This document shows positions 18,596-28,600 of a DNA stretch of 64,000 nucleotides, one piece after another; the stretch's first letter is position 1, and each line of letters starts with the position of its first letter. The notes under the pieces were generated by a model that had not been told where the DNA came from, did no database searches, and saw nothing but the letters and a program-made list of their open reading frames with translations. Both the position numbers and the translations under genes were made by a program. The DNA is from an uncultured delta proteobacterium (GTDB lineage: Bacteria > Desulfobacterota > DSM-4660 > Desulfatiglandales > HGW-15). The stretch spans positions 6,104 to 70,103 of the forward strand of contig CAVPDE010000001.1 in the NCBI GenBank assembly GCA_963702565.1, given 5' to 3'.

Positions 18596-19156
18596 ATGTA
18601 CAATGCCAGCAACTTGAGAAAGGGTCTCAAGATCCTTATTGATAAAGAACCTTATGTCGTCGTCGATTTCCAGTTTACAAAACCCGGCAAGGGCCAGGCG
18701 CTCTATCGATGCAAGCTCCGAAACATGATCAACGGCATTATTCTGGATCGGACCTACCGCTCTGTGGATTCCTTTGAATCGGCCAACCTCGAGCAGCGAA
18801 AAATGCAGTATCTCTACAGCCAGGAGGGCCATTTTCACTTCATGGATAATCAAACCTACGATCAGTCGGCCCTGTCCGCCGAACAGGTCGGGGATGCCAA
18901 GAACTACCTCATCGACAATCTTGAAGTGGACGTGCTTCTTTTTGATGGAAGGCCCATCGGGCTGACTCTGCCCAATTTTGTCGATCTCCTGGTGACCCGC
19001 GCGGATCCTTGGGCCAAGGGGGATTCCGTCGCCGGGGACAGCAAACCCGTGACCCTTGAAACCGGGTACACCCTTCGAGTCCCTCCCTTTATCGATGAAG
19101 GGATCAAAATCACCGTGGACACACGGACCGGGGAGTATGTCACCCGGGTCAAATGA
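18596..19156 (+). CDS. efp: Elongation factor P
   Basis: 186-aa ORF MYNASNLRKGLKILIDKEPYVVVDFQFTKPGKGQA (conserved KPGKG loop). Confidence 0.95.
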   Translation: MYNASNLRKGLKILIDKEPYVVVDFQFTKPGKGQALYRCKLRNMINGIILDRTYRSVDSFESANLEQRKMQYLYSQEGHFHFMDNQTYDQSALSAEQVGDAKNYLIDNLEVDVLLFDGRPIGLTLPNFVDLLVTRADPWAKGDSVAGDSKPVTLETGYTLRVPPFIDEGIKITVDTRTGEYVTRVK

Positions 19157-20090
19157 TCCTTCCTCCCTGCTGGAAAGGGAGACCTTAGCCGCCAAGAAAC
19201 CGAACCTCCGGTTACGAGCCGGATTGGTCCAGGCCATCAGGCATTTTTTCACTGACAGAGACTATCTCGAAGTCGAGACCCCCTATCTCATTCCGGCGCC
19301 GGCTCCTGAGCTCCACATTGACGCGATCCGGGCAGGCGAAGGATTTTTGCACACGTCGCCGGAGTTGTGCATGAAACGCCTTGTTGCCGCAGGCTACCCC
19401 AAGATCTTCCAGATCTGCAAGTGCTTCCGGCAAGGGGAAAGAGGCAGCCGCCATCTTCCCGAGTTCACTCTGCTGGAATGGTACCGCGCAGGGACGGACT
19501 ACCTGGGCCTGATGGAGGAGAGTGAGGAAATGGTCGCTTTTGTTTTGGAGGAACTCGGGTTGCCTCCTCGGCTGGAGTTTCAGGGTAGGGCCCTGGATCT
19601 GCAGCGACCATGGGACCGGCTCACGGTTCAGGAAGCTTTCGAGCGATATGCTTCGACCTCTCTGGAACGAGCCATGGAAAGCGGGCGTTTCGATGAAATC
19701 TTGGCCTTTGAAATTGAGCCCTCCCTCGGATTCCCGAAACCTGTTTTCCTTTACCATTATCCTTCAGCCCTCGCTGCGCTTGCGCGGCTGAGCCAGGGCG
19801 CTCCCGGTTATGCCGAGAGATTTGAACTCTACGTGGCCGGTGTTGAATTGGCCAACGCTTTTTCCGAGTTGACAGACCCTGTCGAACAGAAGGCCAGATT
19901 TGAGAAAGAACTGGCCAAACGAGACGAGCAGGGCAAAAGCGTCTACCCTATGCCTGAGAAGTTCCTCCGCACACTCCCTTTCATGCCGAAGTCGGCGGGC
20001 ATCGCTCTCGGAGTGGACCGGTTGGTCATGCTCCTGAGCAATCAGAAGGAGATCGATCCCGTGGTCTCCTTCACTCCCGAAGAACTATGA
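19137..20090 (+). CDS. epmA: EF-P--(R)-beta-lysine ligase (truncated LysRS paralogue)
   Basis: Class II aaRS motifs (DYLEVETPYL, FQICKCFRQGERGSRHLPEFTLLEWY, GIALGVDRLVML). It lies immediately after efp. The ATG start at 19137 overlaps the efp end, and the exact start is uncertain. Confidence 0.85.
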   Translation: MSPGSNDPSSLLERETLAAKKPNLRLRAGLVQAIRHFFTDRDYLEVETPYLIPAPAPELHIDAIRAGEGFLHTSPELCMKRLVAAGYPKIFQICKCFRQGERGSRHLPEFTLLEWYRAGTDYLGLMEESEEMVAFVLEELGLPPRLEFQGRALDLQRPWDRLTVQEAFERYASTSLERAMESGRFDEILAFEIEPSLGFPKPVFLYHYPSALAALARLSQGAPGYAERFELYVAGVELANAFSELTDPVEQKARFEKELAKRDEQGKSVYPMPEKFLRTLPFMPKSAGIALGVDRLVMLLSNQKEIDPVVSFTPEEL

Positions 20091-20530
20091 TCAAGCTCGC
20101 CCTCGTCATGCTTCTGGCTTTGGTCGCCTTTCCCTGTCCGGCCGCCGGACAGCCCTCCAAGGAATCACAGAAAACCAATACGAAAACAACGTCGGACCTC
20201 GAGATCTCCGAAATCACCTTCAAACTCAAGAGCCCGGGCAAGGAGGTCGTGTGGATTCAAGGCAACCGATTTTTCACCCCAACGGCCTTTGCCATGGAAG
20301 AGGACAAACCTCGGTTCGTCATCGACCTCAAGGATGCCCGGCCTGTGAAACGGGAACTGTCCCGGATAGCGGCGGACGGTCAATTCATTGAGAGGATACG
20401 GACCTTCTACCACCGGGAGAACCGGACCCTCAGGGTGGTCCTAGATCTCCATCCCTCCAAGAAGTACCGGATCAGCCAGTTCTTCTATCAGGCCCAGAAC
20501 ATCTACGCAGTGGAAGTGGAAGGCGAGTAG
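20087..20530 (+). CDS. Secreted AMIN-domain-like protein
   Basis: Signal peptide MIKLALVMLLALVAFPCPAAG, then AMIN-like strands (RFVIDLKDARP, LRVVLDL). There is an ATGA overlap with the epmA stop. Confidence 0.55.
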   Translation: MIKLALVMLLALVAFPCPAAGQPSKESQKTNTKTTSDLEISEITFKLKSPGKEVVWIQGNRFFTPTAFAMEEDKPRFVIDLKDARPVKRELSRIAADGQFIERIRTFYHRENRTLRVVLDLHPSKKYRISQFFYQAQNIYAVEVEGE

Positions 20531-20661
20531 TGCTGCCTCTGGTTCTTATGGGCAAGTCCAATACTGCAACCGAACCGCCGTCCAGCCGTTAGGTTCAACC
20601 AGGGCACTTCTGGGATATCTCCTTCACTCTATATCGAGAACCATACCTGATCAAATGCGGT

Positions 20662-21489
20662 TTACTCACACATCCAAATTTTCCTCCAGACAGCTAAGTG
20701 AATACAACGATGAGCAGGATGTGGACAATCCATCTGTCCCGCCCCCATTTCCGGAGACGGTATCCCCGGTGGATACTCCCCCTCCACGGCCAGCCTATAC
20801 CATTGCAGACCTGCATCCCACACAACCCAGCGTGCAGTTCCGGTGCAAACGCATCCCTGCGCGAATTCATCGTATTTGAAGATCCCTGAATACTGATCAG
20901 GTGGGTCAGCGTTCTCGCAGCCCGCTCCTCCCCCCATACATGAATAGCTCGAACAATTATTATGAAGAGGGTTCCCTCCGTATTCGCATCTGACACCGAC
21001 AAACAGATTATGCCCCCAATATCCGTAAGACTGTACCCTCAAACCTCCCCAACCATGAGTCCCGACGGAATCATCCATCGTGACAACGGCTGAGCCGCAA
21101 GCCGTGCTCCCTGCACATAGCTCGATCTTTTGATAATCTCCGTTCACTATCGCAGTCTGGCTAGGTCCTCCTTGCGTATTGAAATAGAAGCCACTCCCGT
21201 GGGCCGCGACGAGTTGGAGTGTGTAGGTCGGTTTTCCCCAGCCTCCCGAATCGACCCATATCTCTACACACTGACCACGAGATAGCGTGCCTTCCTCTAA
21301 GCTGTCCCAATCCACGCCCATTGTAAGAACGACGGCAGACTTCCAGTTCACAGGGTACGTCAACGCCTGCCCTGAACCCGTAGGCACGACACACATGTTC
21401 TCCTGAGCCCATACCATCGAACTCATGCTCATAAAGAACACCAAGAACAGCCAACAAAAAGCCAGCCTATTCACAGCCCATCTTCTCAT
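20662..21489 (-). CDS. Cys-rich secreted protein, paralogue P3 (unknown family)
   Basis: ATG at 21489 preceded by aaaaaaaagggg. Signal peptide MRRWAVNRLAFCWLFLVFFMSMSSMVWAQENMC. Here it is in frame with the upstream RHS fragment, which gives the 466-aa ORF call 20662..22062. Confidence 0.55.
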   Translation of the reverse strand: MRRWAVNRLAFCWLFLVFFMSMSSMVWAQENMCVVPTGSGQALTYPVNWKSAVVLTMGVDWDSLEEGTLSRGQCVEIWVDSGGWGKPTYTLQLVAAHGSGFYFNTQGGPSQTAIVNGDYQKIELCAGSTACGSAVVTMDDSVGTHGWGGLRVQSYGYWGHNLFVGVRCEYGGNPLHNNCSSYSCMGGGAGCENADPPDQYSGIFKYDEFAQGCVCTGTARWVVWDAGLQWYRLAVEGEYPPGIPSPEMGAGQMDCPHPAHRCIHLAVWRKIWMCE

Positions 21490-22062
21490 GGCATTCCGCC
21501 CCTTTTTTTTCCTGTTCACTCGAAGTGACTCCCAATCTCCGCCCCGCCCAAACGTTATTCCATTCCTGTTTGGCTCATACCCATACGTCTGCTCCCTCGG
21601 CCGCCCTGGATTGGATACGGTCACACAATCACACTCCCCTGCCTGGTTGTTCACCGTACCACCAAACCCGTTGGTCAACCCCTTCGGTCCCCCAAACGGG
21701 TTGTAGGTCAGCCCGCTCACAAGATTGCCAAATCCACTCGCGCTGACCGAAGCGATCTTCCCAAGCTGGCTGTCCCTCGTATTCGTCACCACCCTCCCGC
21801 TCGGGTACGTCACCGAAGCCACTCTCCCTCCCGGTCCATAGGCGGAGGTAACCGCGTAGCTGACGTTGTTGATCGTGCTCGTCTTCTGCACCAGCCTTCC
21901 CCTGGGATCATAGCCGAAGGCGATAGCCCCAGAGGGGTCGGTCATGTCCGTCAGGCGACCCTTTCCATTGGTCCGCAGATCGTAGGTGTAGCCAACATCG
22001 TCAGTCGTCCCCGGATAGTCTGCCAGAGTGACCCTGTTCAGGTTGTCATAAGTGTATTCCAC
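21490..22062 (-). pseudogene. Orphan RHS core fragment (EYTYDNLNRV .. NPGRPREQTYGYEPNRN) plus conserved leader
   Basis: About 90% aa identity to the distal core of the main RHS gene. It lacks an N-terminus and lacks the PxxxxDPxGL core end. Confidence 0.7.
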
Positions 22063-22420
22063 CGCACCCTTGGCACAGAGGCCGTCACAAATGTCTTGAA
22101 CTGGCAGCTATCCAGGTGCCGCCACCGCCGACTCTCCCATCCATGCACGTGCATGCATTGCCCGCACTCCGGGCATGCCCAGACCGCCTCTGCACACGCC
22201 ACTTCGACCTCGATCTCCCCGGCCTCCTTCCTCTTCTTCACCTTCTGCACCGACCACGGCGGCTGAAGCCCCAGGATCTGCTCATAAAGTTTGGTATCGT
22301 TCATGGCCAGAGTCTATCAGGCCCAAGAAGAAATCACACGGAAAAGCCGGAAGGACCTTTCTTATTGACAAGTTCACAAACATACATCCAGGGATGTAGC
22401 TTTGACATAAGTGAAGAGCC
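22063..22420 (-). mobile_element. Truncated ISL3-family insertion sequence (left IR + 5' UTR + first ~80 codons of the transposase)
   Basis: The terminal IR GGCTCTTCACTTATGTCAAAGCTAC reads inward from 22420. ORF 22038..22304 has the ISL3 zinc-finger N-terminus (ILGLQPPWSV..CPECGQ..RRWRHLD..VPRV), then runs out of frame into RHS sequence. Confidence 0.7.
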
Positions 22421-22576
22421 AAATAGCCACTTGTGCCTCGCCAGAGTGCTGATACTCTCATCTATCATGCAATTCTTCCCATGTACGGCTCTTCACAGCT
22501 AACTTGCACATGGCACATCATCCGAGGATGTCAGGACGAGCAACCAAAGTCTGACCAAGTTTGTCATAAAGACACC

Positions 22577-23320
22577 CTACGGCACCGGCACGCATTGCCA
22601 TTCGTACTTAAATACATCGGACGTAGGAACGAAACACCCTGAAGTCGGTATAGTACAACTGAGATCTGAGAAATGAACTGCTGCACATTGCTCAGGAGTT
22701 CCGCATGGGGGATCCGGGGACGCATCCCAATTACCCCCGCCTCCCGGTGACATACACTGCGTCTCAGCCTGAACGCGAAATCTCCAAAATATCGCCCCAT
22801 CATCAACGTCAGAGTAATAGTAATGAGGCCAATTCCCCGGAACATTGCTCGGAGCACAACCTATTTCGTTAACTGCACTGGCTTGCCAGACAAGTTCCCA
22901 TTGACCACCTGCATATCGTATCTTTACTGTATCTGTGGAAAGGCAGGCGTCCGTCACCGTAACTACAGCAAATACATCGTGGTCTTCTCCGCAGGTGCCA
23001 CTAGCTACAGTCAGCACTGTGTAATCCAAGTCCCCGTTCGTCGTCGTCTTGCTCAGGCTGTAACCCGTTCCCTGTACCTGCCAGGTGTATTCGAAAGGAG
23101 AACACCCCCATGCTGCGCGAAGAGAAACCGGCTGTGCGGGGCTGATCTCCTCAGCGCTCGCAATGATCGTCAAGGCAGAGTCCAACTGATTCAACGTCTG
23201 CCCTGAACCCGTAGGCACGATGCACATGTTCTCCTGCGCCCAGGCCCCCGCGCTCGTGCTCATGAACACCAACAGAAACAGCCCACAAAAGGAAAGCCTA
23301 ATCGCCCCTTCTCTTCTCAT
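22577..23320 (-). CDS. Cys-rich secreted protein, paralogue P2 (unknown family)
   Basis: 247-aa ORF with signal peptide MRREGAIRLSFCGLFLLVFMSTSAGAWAQENMCIVPTGSGQ. It has many Cys residues and shares GNW.H.Y and DPPCG.P..CA motifs with P1. Confidence 0.6.
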   Translation of the reverse strand: MRREGAIRLSFCGLFLLVFMSTSAGAWAQENMCIVPTGSGQTLNQLDSALTIIASAEEISPAQPVSLRAAWGCSPFEYTWQVQGTGYSLSKTTTNGDLDYTVLTVASGTCGEDHDVFAVVTVTDACLSTDTVKIRYAGGQWELVWQASAVNEIGCAPSNVPGNWPHYYYSDVDDGAIFWRFRVQAETQCMSPGGGGNWDASPDPPCGTPEQCAAVHFSDLSCTIPTSGCFVPTSDVFKYEWQCVPVP

Positions 23321-23394
23321 GGCATTCCCCCCTTTTCTTCCTGTTCACTCGAAGTGACTCCCTATCTCCGTCCCGCCCAATCGCTATCACGTTC

Positions 23395-23774
23395 CTATTT
23401 GGCTTATACCCATAAGTCCGCTCCCTCGGCTGCCCTGGATTGGATACGGTCACACAATCACACTCGCCAGCCTGGTTGTTCACCGTTCCCCAAACCCATT
23501 CGTCAATCCCTTTGGCCCTCCGAAGGGGGTGTAAGTCACCCCGCTCACGAGATTGCCAAACCCAGTCGCGCTGACCGAAGCGATCTTCCCAAGCTGGCTG
23601 TCCCTCGTGTTGGTCACCACCCTCCCGCTCGGGTAGGTCACCGAAGCCACTCTCCTCCCGGTCCATAGGCGGACGTAACCGGGTAGTTTATGCTGTTAAT
23701 GGTGCTCGCCTTCTGCACCAGCCTTCCCCTCGAATCATACCCAAAGGCGATGATTCCCGATGGATCGTAAACCG
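23395..23774 (-). pseudogene. Orphan RHS core fragment (DPSG .. TYGYKPNRN), frameshifted
   Basis: Homologous to the distal RHS core. It is split between frames (ORF 23298..23666 changes from nonsense to GTVNNQAGECDCVTVSNPGQPRERTYGYKPNRN). Confidence 0.65.
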
Positions 23775-23830
23775 GTAGGTTTTAAGGTTGCTGGTGCGAA
23801 ACCTAAAAACCTTAGAACGTCCCTATTCTC
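23775..23830 (-). repeat. Cassette-boundary hairpin element, copy E3
   Basis: GTAGGTTTTAAGGTTGCTGGTGCGAAACCTAAAAACCTTAGAACGTCCCTATTCTC. Same family as 29009-29073, 32432-32495 and 40322-40396. Confidence 0.85.
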
Positions 23831-23959
23831 CAACAACCGCCTTGTGAGTCTGAGTGGGGAGCTTCAAAGGCTCACAACATTTAGCGGTTCATCACGCTGA
23901 CCATCATACAGAGCTACTGACTTTAGGACACGCTTCATCAAAAGTAGTAAGTCGCCAAT

Positions 23960-24238
23960 CTAATATAGAATCACCAAGATTGTTACGAACCACATAGCGG
24001 GGATACTGATTTTCACAACGATTCCCTTATAAAAGTGAAGCATGATTCCCGTGATGATCACTGAGCACCCAAACGTAAGAACGTTCCCTATTATGAAGGC
24101 AAGATCTCCTCGTGGAGAACCAAGGACCCTCTTGCCCACAAACACAAGGAAGAGCCAGACAGTGAAGAACAACACTACTCTGATTATCCTCCCTGGCTGA
24201 TTTTCCTCACCTGGCAAAACTCTTTGCTTTACTCGCAT
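23960..24238 (-). CDS. Small membrane protein, candidate immunity protein for toxin CT4
   Basis: 92-aa ORF with 3 hydrophobic helices in a visibly AT-richer stretch. Its ATG sits inside the last codons of the upstream ORF (ATGCGAGTAA). Confidence 0.5.
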   Translation of the reverse strand: MRVKQRVLPGEENQPGRIIRVVLFFTVWLFLVFVGKRVLGSPRGDLAFIIGNVLTFGCSVIITGIMLHFYKGIVVKISIPAMWFVTILVILY

Positions 24239-25641
24239 GGATTAGAACTCCATTTTTCCCATACATTTATATTTTCGTCTGGCATCCAAAGGAGATCAAA
24301 AACCTTTGGGGGTGGGTCGAAGTGGTCCTTGTAGTGCAGGAAAATCAGGAAGTCCTCGTTCGGAACACCGGCTTCCGATGGATTTAAGTAATCATAGGCT
24401 AAGATAGCAGCAGGAGTGATGGGGGTGTTCAATCCTTTCTCAATGATCGGGGCAATTACATCTCCCCCTCTAACGTACTTCTTCAGAGTATCTAGAATGG
24501 GGATAATAATTCCCCCCCTTTAACCCGGAAGGGTCCGTCCAATTAGTGGGGTTGTTTTGGACGTAGGCATAGAGATTCAGGCTTTGGGGAGTTACCAAGG
24601 TGTAGTGGTGCAGTGCATCCGCGATTACGAAACGCTGAAGTTCACGTAAACTCGTGAGCGCAGCCGGGGCTTGTACGATTTTGCCGAGTGACGATTGCCT
24701 GCCCATCTGAATCTGCGAAAGGTTAAGAGGATCAGGGGTGATGTACCTCCCAGTCTTTGGATCATAGTAACGGTTGTGGTTGTAGTGGAGGCCGGTCTCC
24801 GTGTCGTAATACTGGCCGGGCAGCCTGATGTTGTTCACCACGCTTGAGCTGGGATGGATATGGGCCTCACCAAATGGCTCATACCAGGCTTCCCAAGCCA
24901 CAGTCCCGTTGCATTCGTGAGGATTTCGGGAGTGCCGAGGCGGTCATTCAGGTAGTGGTAAAGCGCTTGCCACCAGCCACATCCACCATGGCAACACGGA
25001 CTTTGCCCATGTAGAGGTATTCCTTCGTCATGGTGCCGTTGGGCAGGCTCTCGGCAATCAGCTTCCCATCAAGGTCGTAATGGTAAACCGTGGTTACTCC
25101 CACCAGCGACCTTCTTCACCCTCTGTCCTAATCCGTTGTAGGTGTACGTGGCTATTGTGTTTGCTCCCTCCTTCACCTCCTTCAGCTGGTTGTTCTGGTC
25201 GTAAATGAAGGTCAGAGTGCCATCACTCGTGGGATTGCCGTTGGCATCATAGCTGAAGGTTCTCGGGTTTTGTCCCCCGGTGATCTGGTAAAGGCTGTTG
25301 GTTCCTGCATAGTAACGTGTAGTTCTCAACCGACTCCGTTGGTGTTCCTCGTGAGCCTGTTTCCCACATCATCATAGGTGTAGGCGATGGTGCCGTATCT
25401 TCCCGGGCAGAAGTCAAGCCTGTTCAGCTCATCATACCCGAAGGTCTGGTTGTACCAGGGAGTAGTCGTGCCGGTGATGGATGTGAGGTTGCGGTTTGAG
25501 TCATACCCATAGGTCCTCTCCCTCGGTTGTCCCGGATTGGACACGGTCACACAGTCGCACTCCCCCGCCTCGTTGTTCACCGTCCCCCAAACCCATTAGT
25601 CAAACCCTTTGGGCCTCCAAACGGGTTGTAAGTCAGTCCGC
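24229..25641 (-). pseudogene. Frameshifted continuation of the chimeric RHS copy B: distal core, PxxxxDPxGL end and toxin domain CT4
   Basis: ORF pieces 25326..25580, 25069..25329, 24470..24901 and 24229..24432 together reconstruct the RHS core end (GRYITPDP..NNPTNWTDPSGL) and a ~97-aa C-terminal domain if 1-nt indels are corrected. Confidence 0.65.
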
Positions 25642-28600
25642 TTACGAGATTGCCAAATCCGGTCGCGCTGACCGATGAGATCTTCCCGAGCGGCTGTTCC
25701 TCGTGTTCGTCACCACCCTCCCGCTCGGGTACGTCACCGAAGCCACTCTCCCTCCCGGTCCATAGGCGGAGGTAACCGGGTAGCTGATGCTGTTAATGGT
25801 GCTCGTCTTCTGCAACAACCTCCCCCTGGCATCATAGCCGAAGGTAATAGTCCCAGAGGGGTCGGCCATGTCCGTAAGATGACCTTTTCCGTTGGTGCGC
25901 AGATCATAGGTGTAGGCAATGTCATCAGCCGTCCCCGGATAGTCTGCCACAGTGACCCTGTTCAGGTTATCATAGGCGTATTCAACCGTCACAGCCTTGG
26001 CGTCCTTCTTATATCTCAGGTTCCCCGCCTCGTCATATGCATACCTCGTAATCCCCGTATCCGGAGAAGTCGTGGACACCACCCTCCCCAAATCGTCATA
26101 CACGTAGGTCGTGACGTGCGAGTTGGCATCCGTGACACTGGCGAGATTCCCCTGACCGTCATATCCGTATCCCGTTACCAGGTCCCTCAGGCTCGGATCA
26201 TTCACCCATTGCGCCACCTCCTCGATCCTATCCATGAAGTCATACCCGTAGGTCGTCAGATTCCCGTTCGGGTCTTCCATGGAACTCACATTCCCGGCAT
26301 CGTCATACCCGTATTCACGGTATGTGTCATCCGGCTGAATCTCCCGGTACAGCCTCCCAGGATAGCTGGGATGCTCATAACTCCACCGCGTCCTCGATTT
26401 GCGCTCATCACCGCTCGTGTACTTGCCCCTCTCAACCACGTTACCCCGGGGGTAAACTTCATAATCGTGCCTGATGTAGTTCGCCCCTTGATCGAGGATC
26501 TTCCAGAGCCTTGCGTAGTTATCATACTGGAACCCCTGGATTACACCGTCAGGGTCCGTCACCGAAACCAGCAGCCCTCCGACATAGGCAAACTGGGTGG
26601 AGCTGTCCGGATCATCGGCAAAATTCGTGATGGAGGTGATTCTTCCCCGGCCATCATAGGAAAAGCCCTTGGCCTGGCTGTTCACGTCCGTTATCGTCCC
26701 CGGCCTTCCCGCGTTATCGTAAACCGCAAAATAGGTGCTCCCGATATGAGGCTGGGTAACGGATTCCAGGTTGCCCGTGGAGCCGTTGTAGGTGAAGGTC
26801 GTCATATCCCCGCTGCCGGCCCTCGGACCGTCCACGGAGAGAACCTGGCCCTTGGCATTATAGGTGAAGGTCGTCACATATTCATAGGCCTGGGTCGTAT
26901 TGTTGATATCCTTCGTGTGTCCCTGCTCCACGATCCTGGAGAGCAGCAGGGTGGGGCTTTCATTGGCCGTGGCATCATAATCGTTGTCATAGTCCCAGAT
27001 CGTCACCTTGTTCCCGCCGCCAAAAACGCTCGCCTCTGTCCGCGTCAGGGGCACGTTCATGTCCGGATGAAAGGTGTAGTAAATGGTCCGCTGCTCGGGT
27101 GATCCGTAAGCCAAAATGACGGTTCCCGGATTCCCTCTCTCATCGTAATTCTGGTAGCGGTCTATTCTCCCTCCCCCGTATTCCACCTCGGAGAGCCTTC
27201 CCCACTCATCATAAACCCACTCCACGGCATTGCTCTCTGCATAGGGCGCATTGGTGGTCCCCGTCATTGAGCCCAGTCTTTTCAGCCCATCGACGGTCAC
27301 CAGAGCGTAGGTTCGGGTAATGTCATAGACATCCTTCACCTGCACCTGGTTGGGTTGATAAGTGACCAGCTCCACCCCCTTCCCGTCGGGCGATCGGCAG
27401 ACAGTAGCCTGGTCATTCGTGTTGTAGGACCACTCCCGGAGGATATGATTGAGGGAGTCCTTTTTCTGGGTAAGATTGTGAACGTCATTGGCGTCGTTGT
27501 AGACATAAGTGATTCCCGACCCGTCAGCATAGGTCACCGTGGTCAGGTTCTGGTTCCCGTCATAGCCGTATTCCACCCATATCCCGTCATCTACAGCAGC
27601 CGTGACAGGCCCGGTGATGCTTGTCAGCAGCCCGCTGGTGTAATTAAAAGTGAGCACCCGGCCGCTGGCATTGTCGGTCACGGTCTGGAGCCGTCCCTCG
27701 CCGTCATAGGCAAGGGCCAGGGCATTCCCCTTTTCGTCCTCCATCGAACTGAGCCGGCCTGCACTCGTGAATGCGTACCGGCTTCCGTCAAGCCGGTACC
27801 AGGAATACCCTCCTCCCTCGGCCAGGACAAAGCTTCGCTCCCCAAACACTCCTGCATAGTATCCCGTGACCTCTTGAATGAAATACGAGGCTTTGCCGGT
27901 TCCGTCGATGATCTTCAGGAAAGTCCTGCTCCCGAGTTGAGAGGAGGGGTTGAGCGCAGCGCCAAAACTGTGGAACCAGCCATAACCGAGCATCCCGGTC
28001 TGAGTCGCCCGGCTGTTGTAGGCGGCTCTGAAGTTGAAGCTAAGGCTGTTGGGTGAGGGAAAGCTCAGATCTTCCCTGTACTCCAGTGCATTTCCGTTCG
28101 TGATCCTGATGGAGCCTGCCACCAATCCCGCCTCGCCTTGCTGTTCCTCCGGAGCGTAACCCAAGCCCTCGTCCTGGTAGGAATCCGAAGAGGGCGGCAC
28201 TTCGTTTTGGTTGCCAGGGTCTGTGTTGAAGACGTATTCCAGGTAATTTGAAAAGCCGTCACCGTCGTGATCGCCGTTCCTCCCCTGGCTCAGGTCAGGG
28301 AAGTACGCAAGCTCCCACCAGTCAGGAAGCTCGTCACCATCATCATCCCTGCCATAAGGGATGCTCGTTACAGCGACTGTGGCACTATCCGTTGCCGTGC
28401 CCCCTGGGCCGACAGCGGTAATCACATAGGTAGTGGTCACCTCAGGAGTCACCTTGTAGCTCTCAGTGACCCCGTTGGTGTTCCTCGTGACCCTGTTCCC
28501 CACATCGTCATAGGTGTAACCGATGTTTCCGTATCGCCCGCTGGCACTAGTCAACCTGTTCAGTTCGTCATACCCGAAGGTCTGGTTGTACCAGGGGGTA

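Noticed and set aside
22038-22304. 88-aa ORF as an intact small zinc-finger protein.
   Set aside because: It is the N-terminal zf-ISL3 part of a transposase that loses homology after ..VPRV, where RHS sequence begins in another frame. It is called an IS remnant instead.
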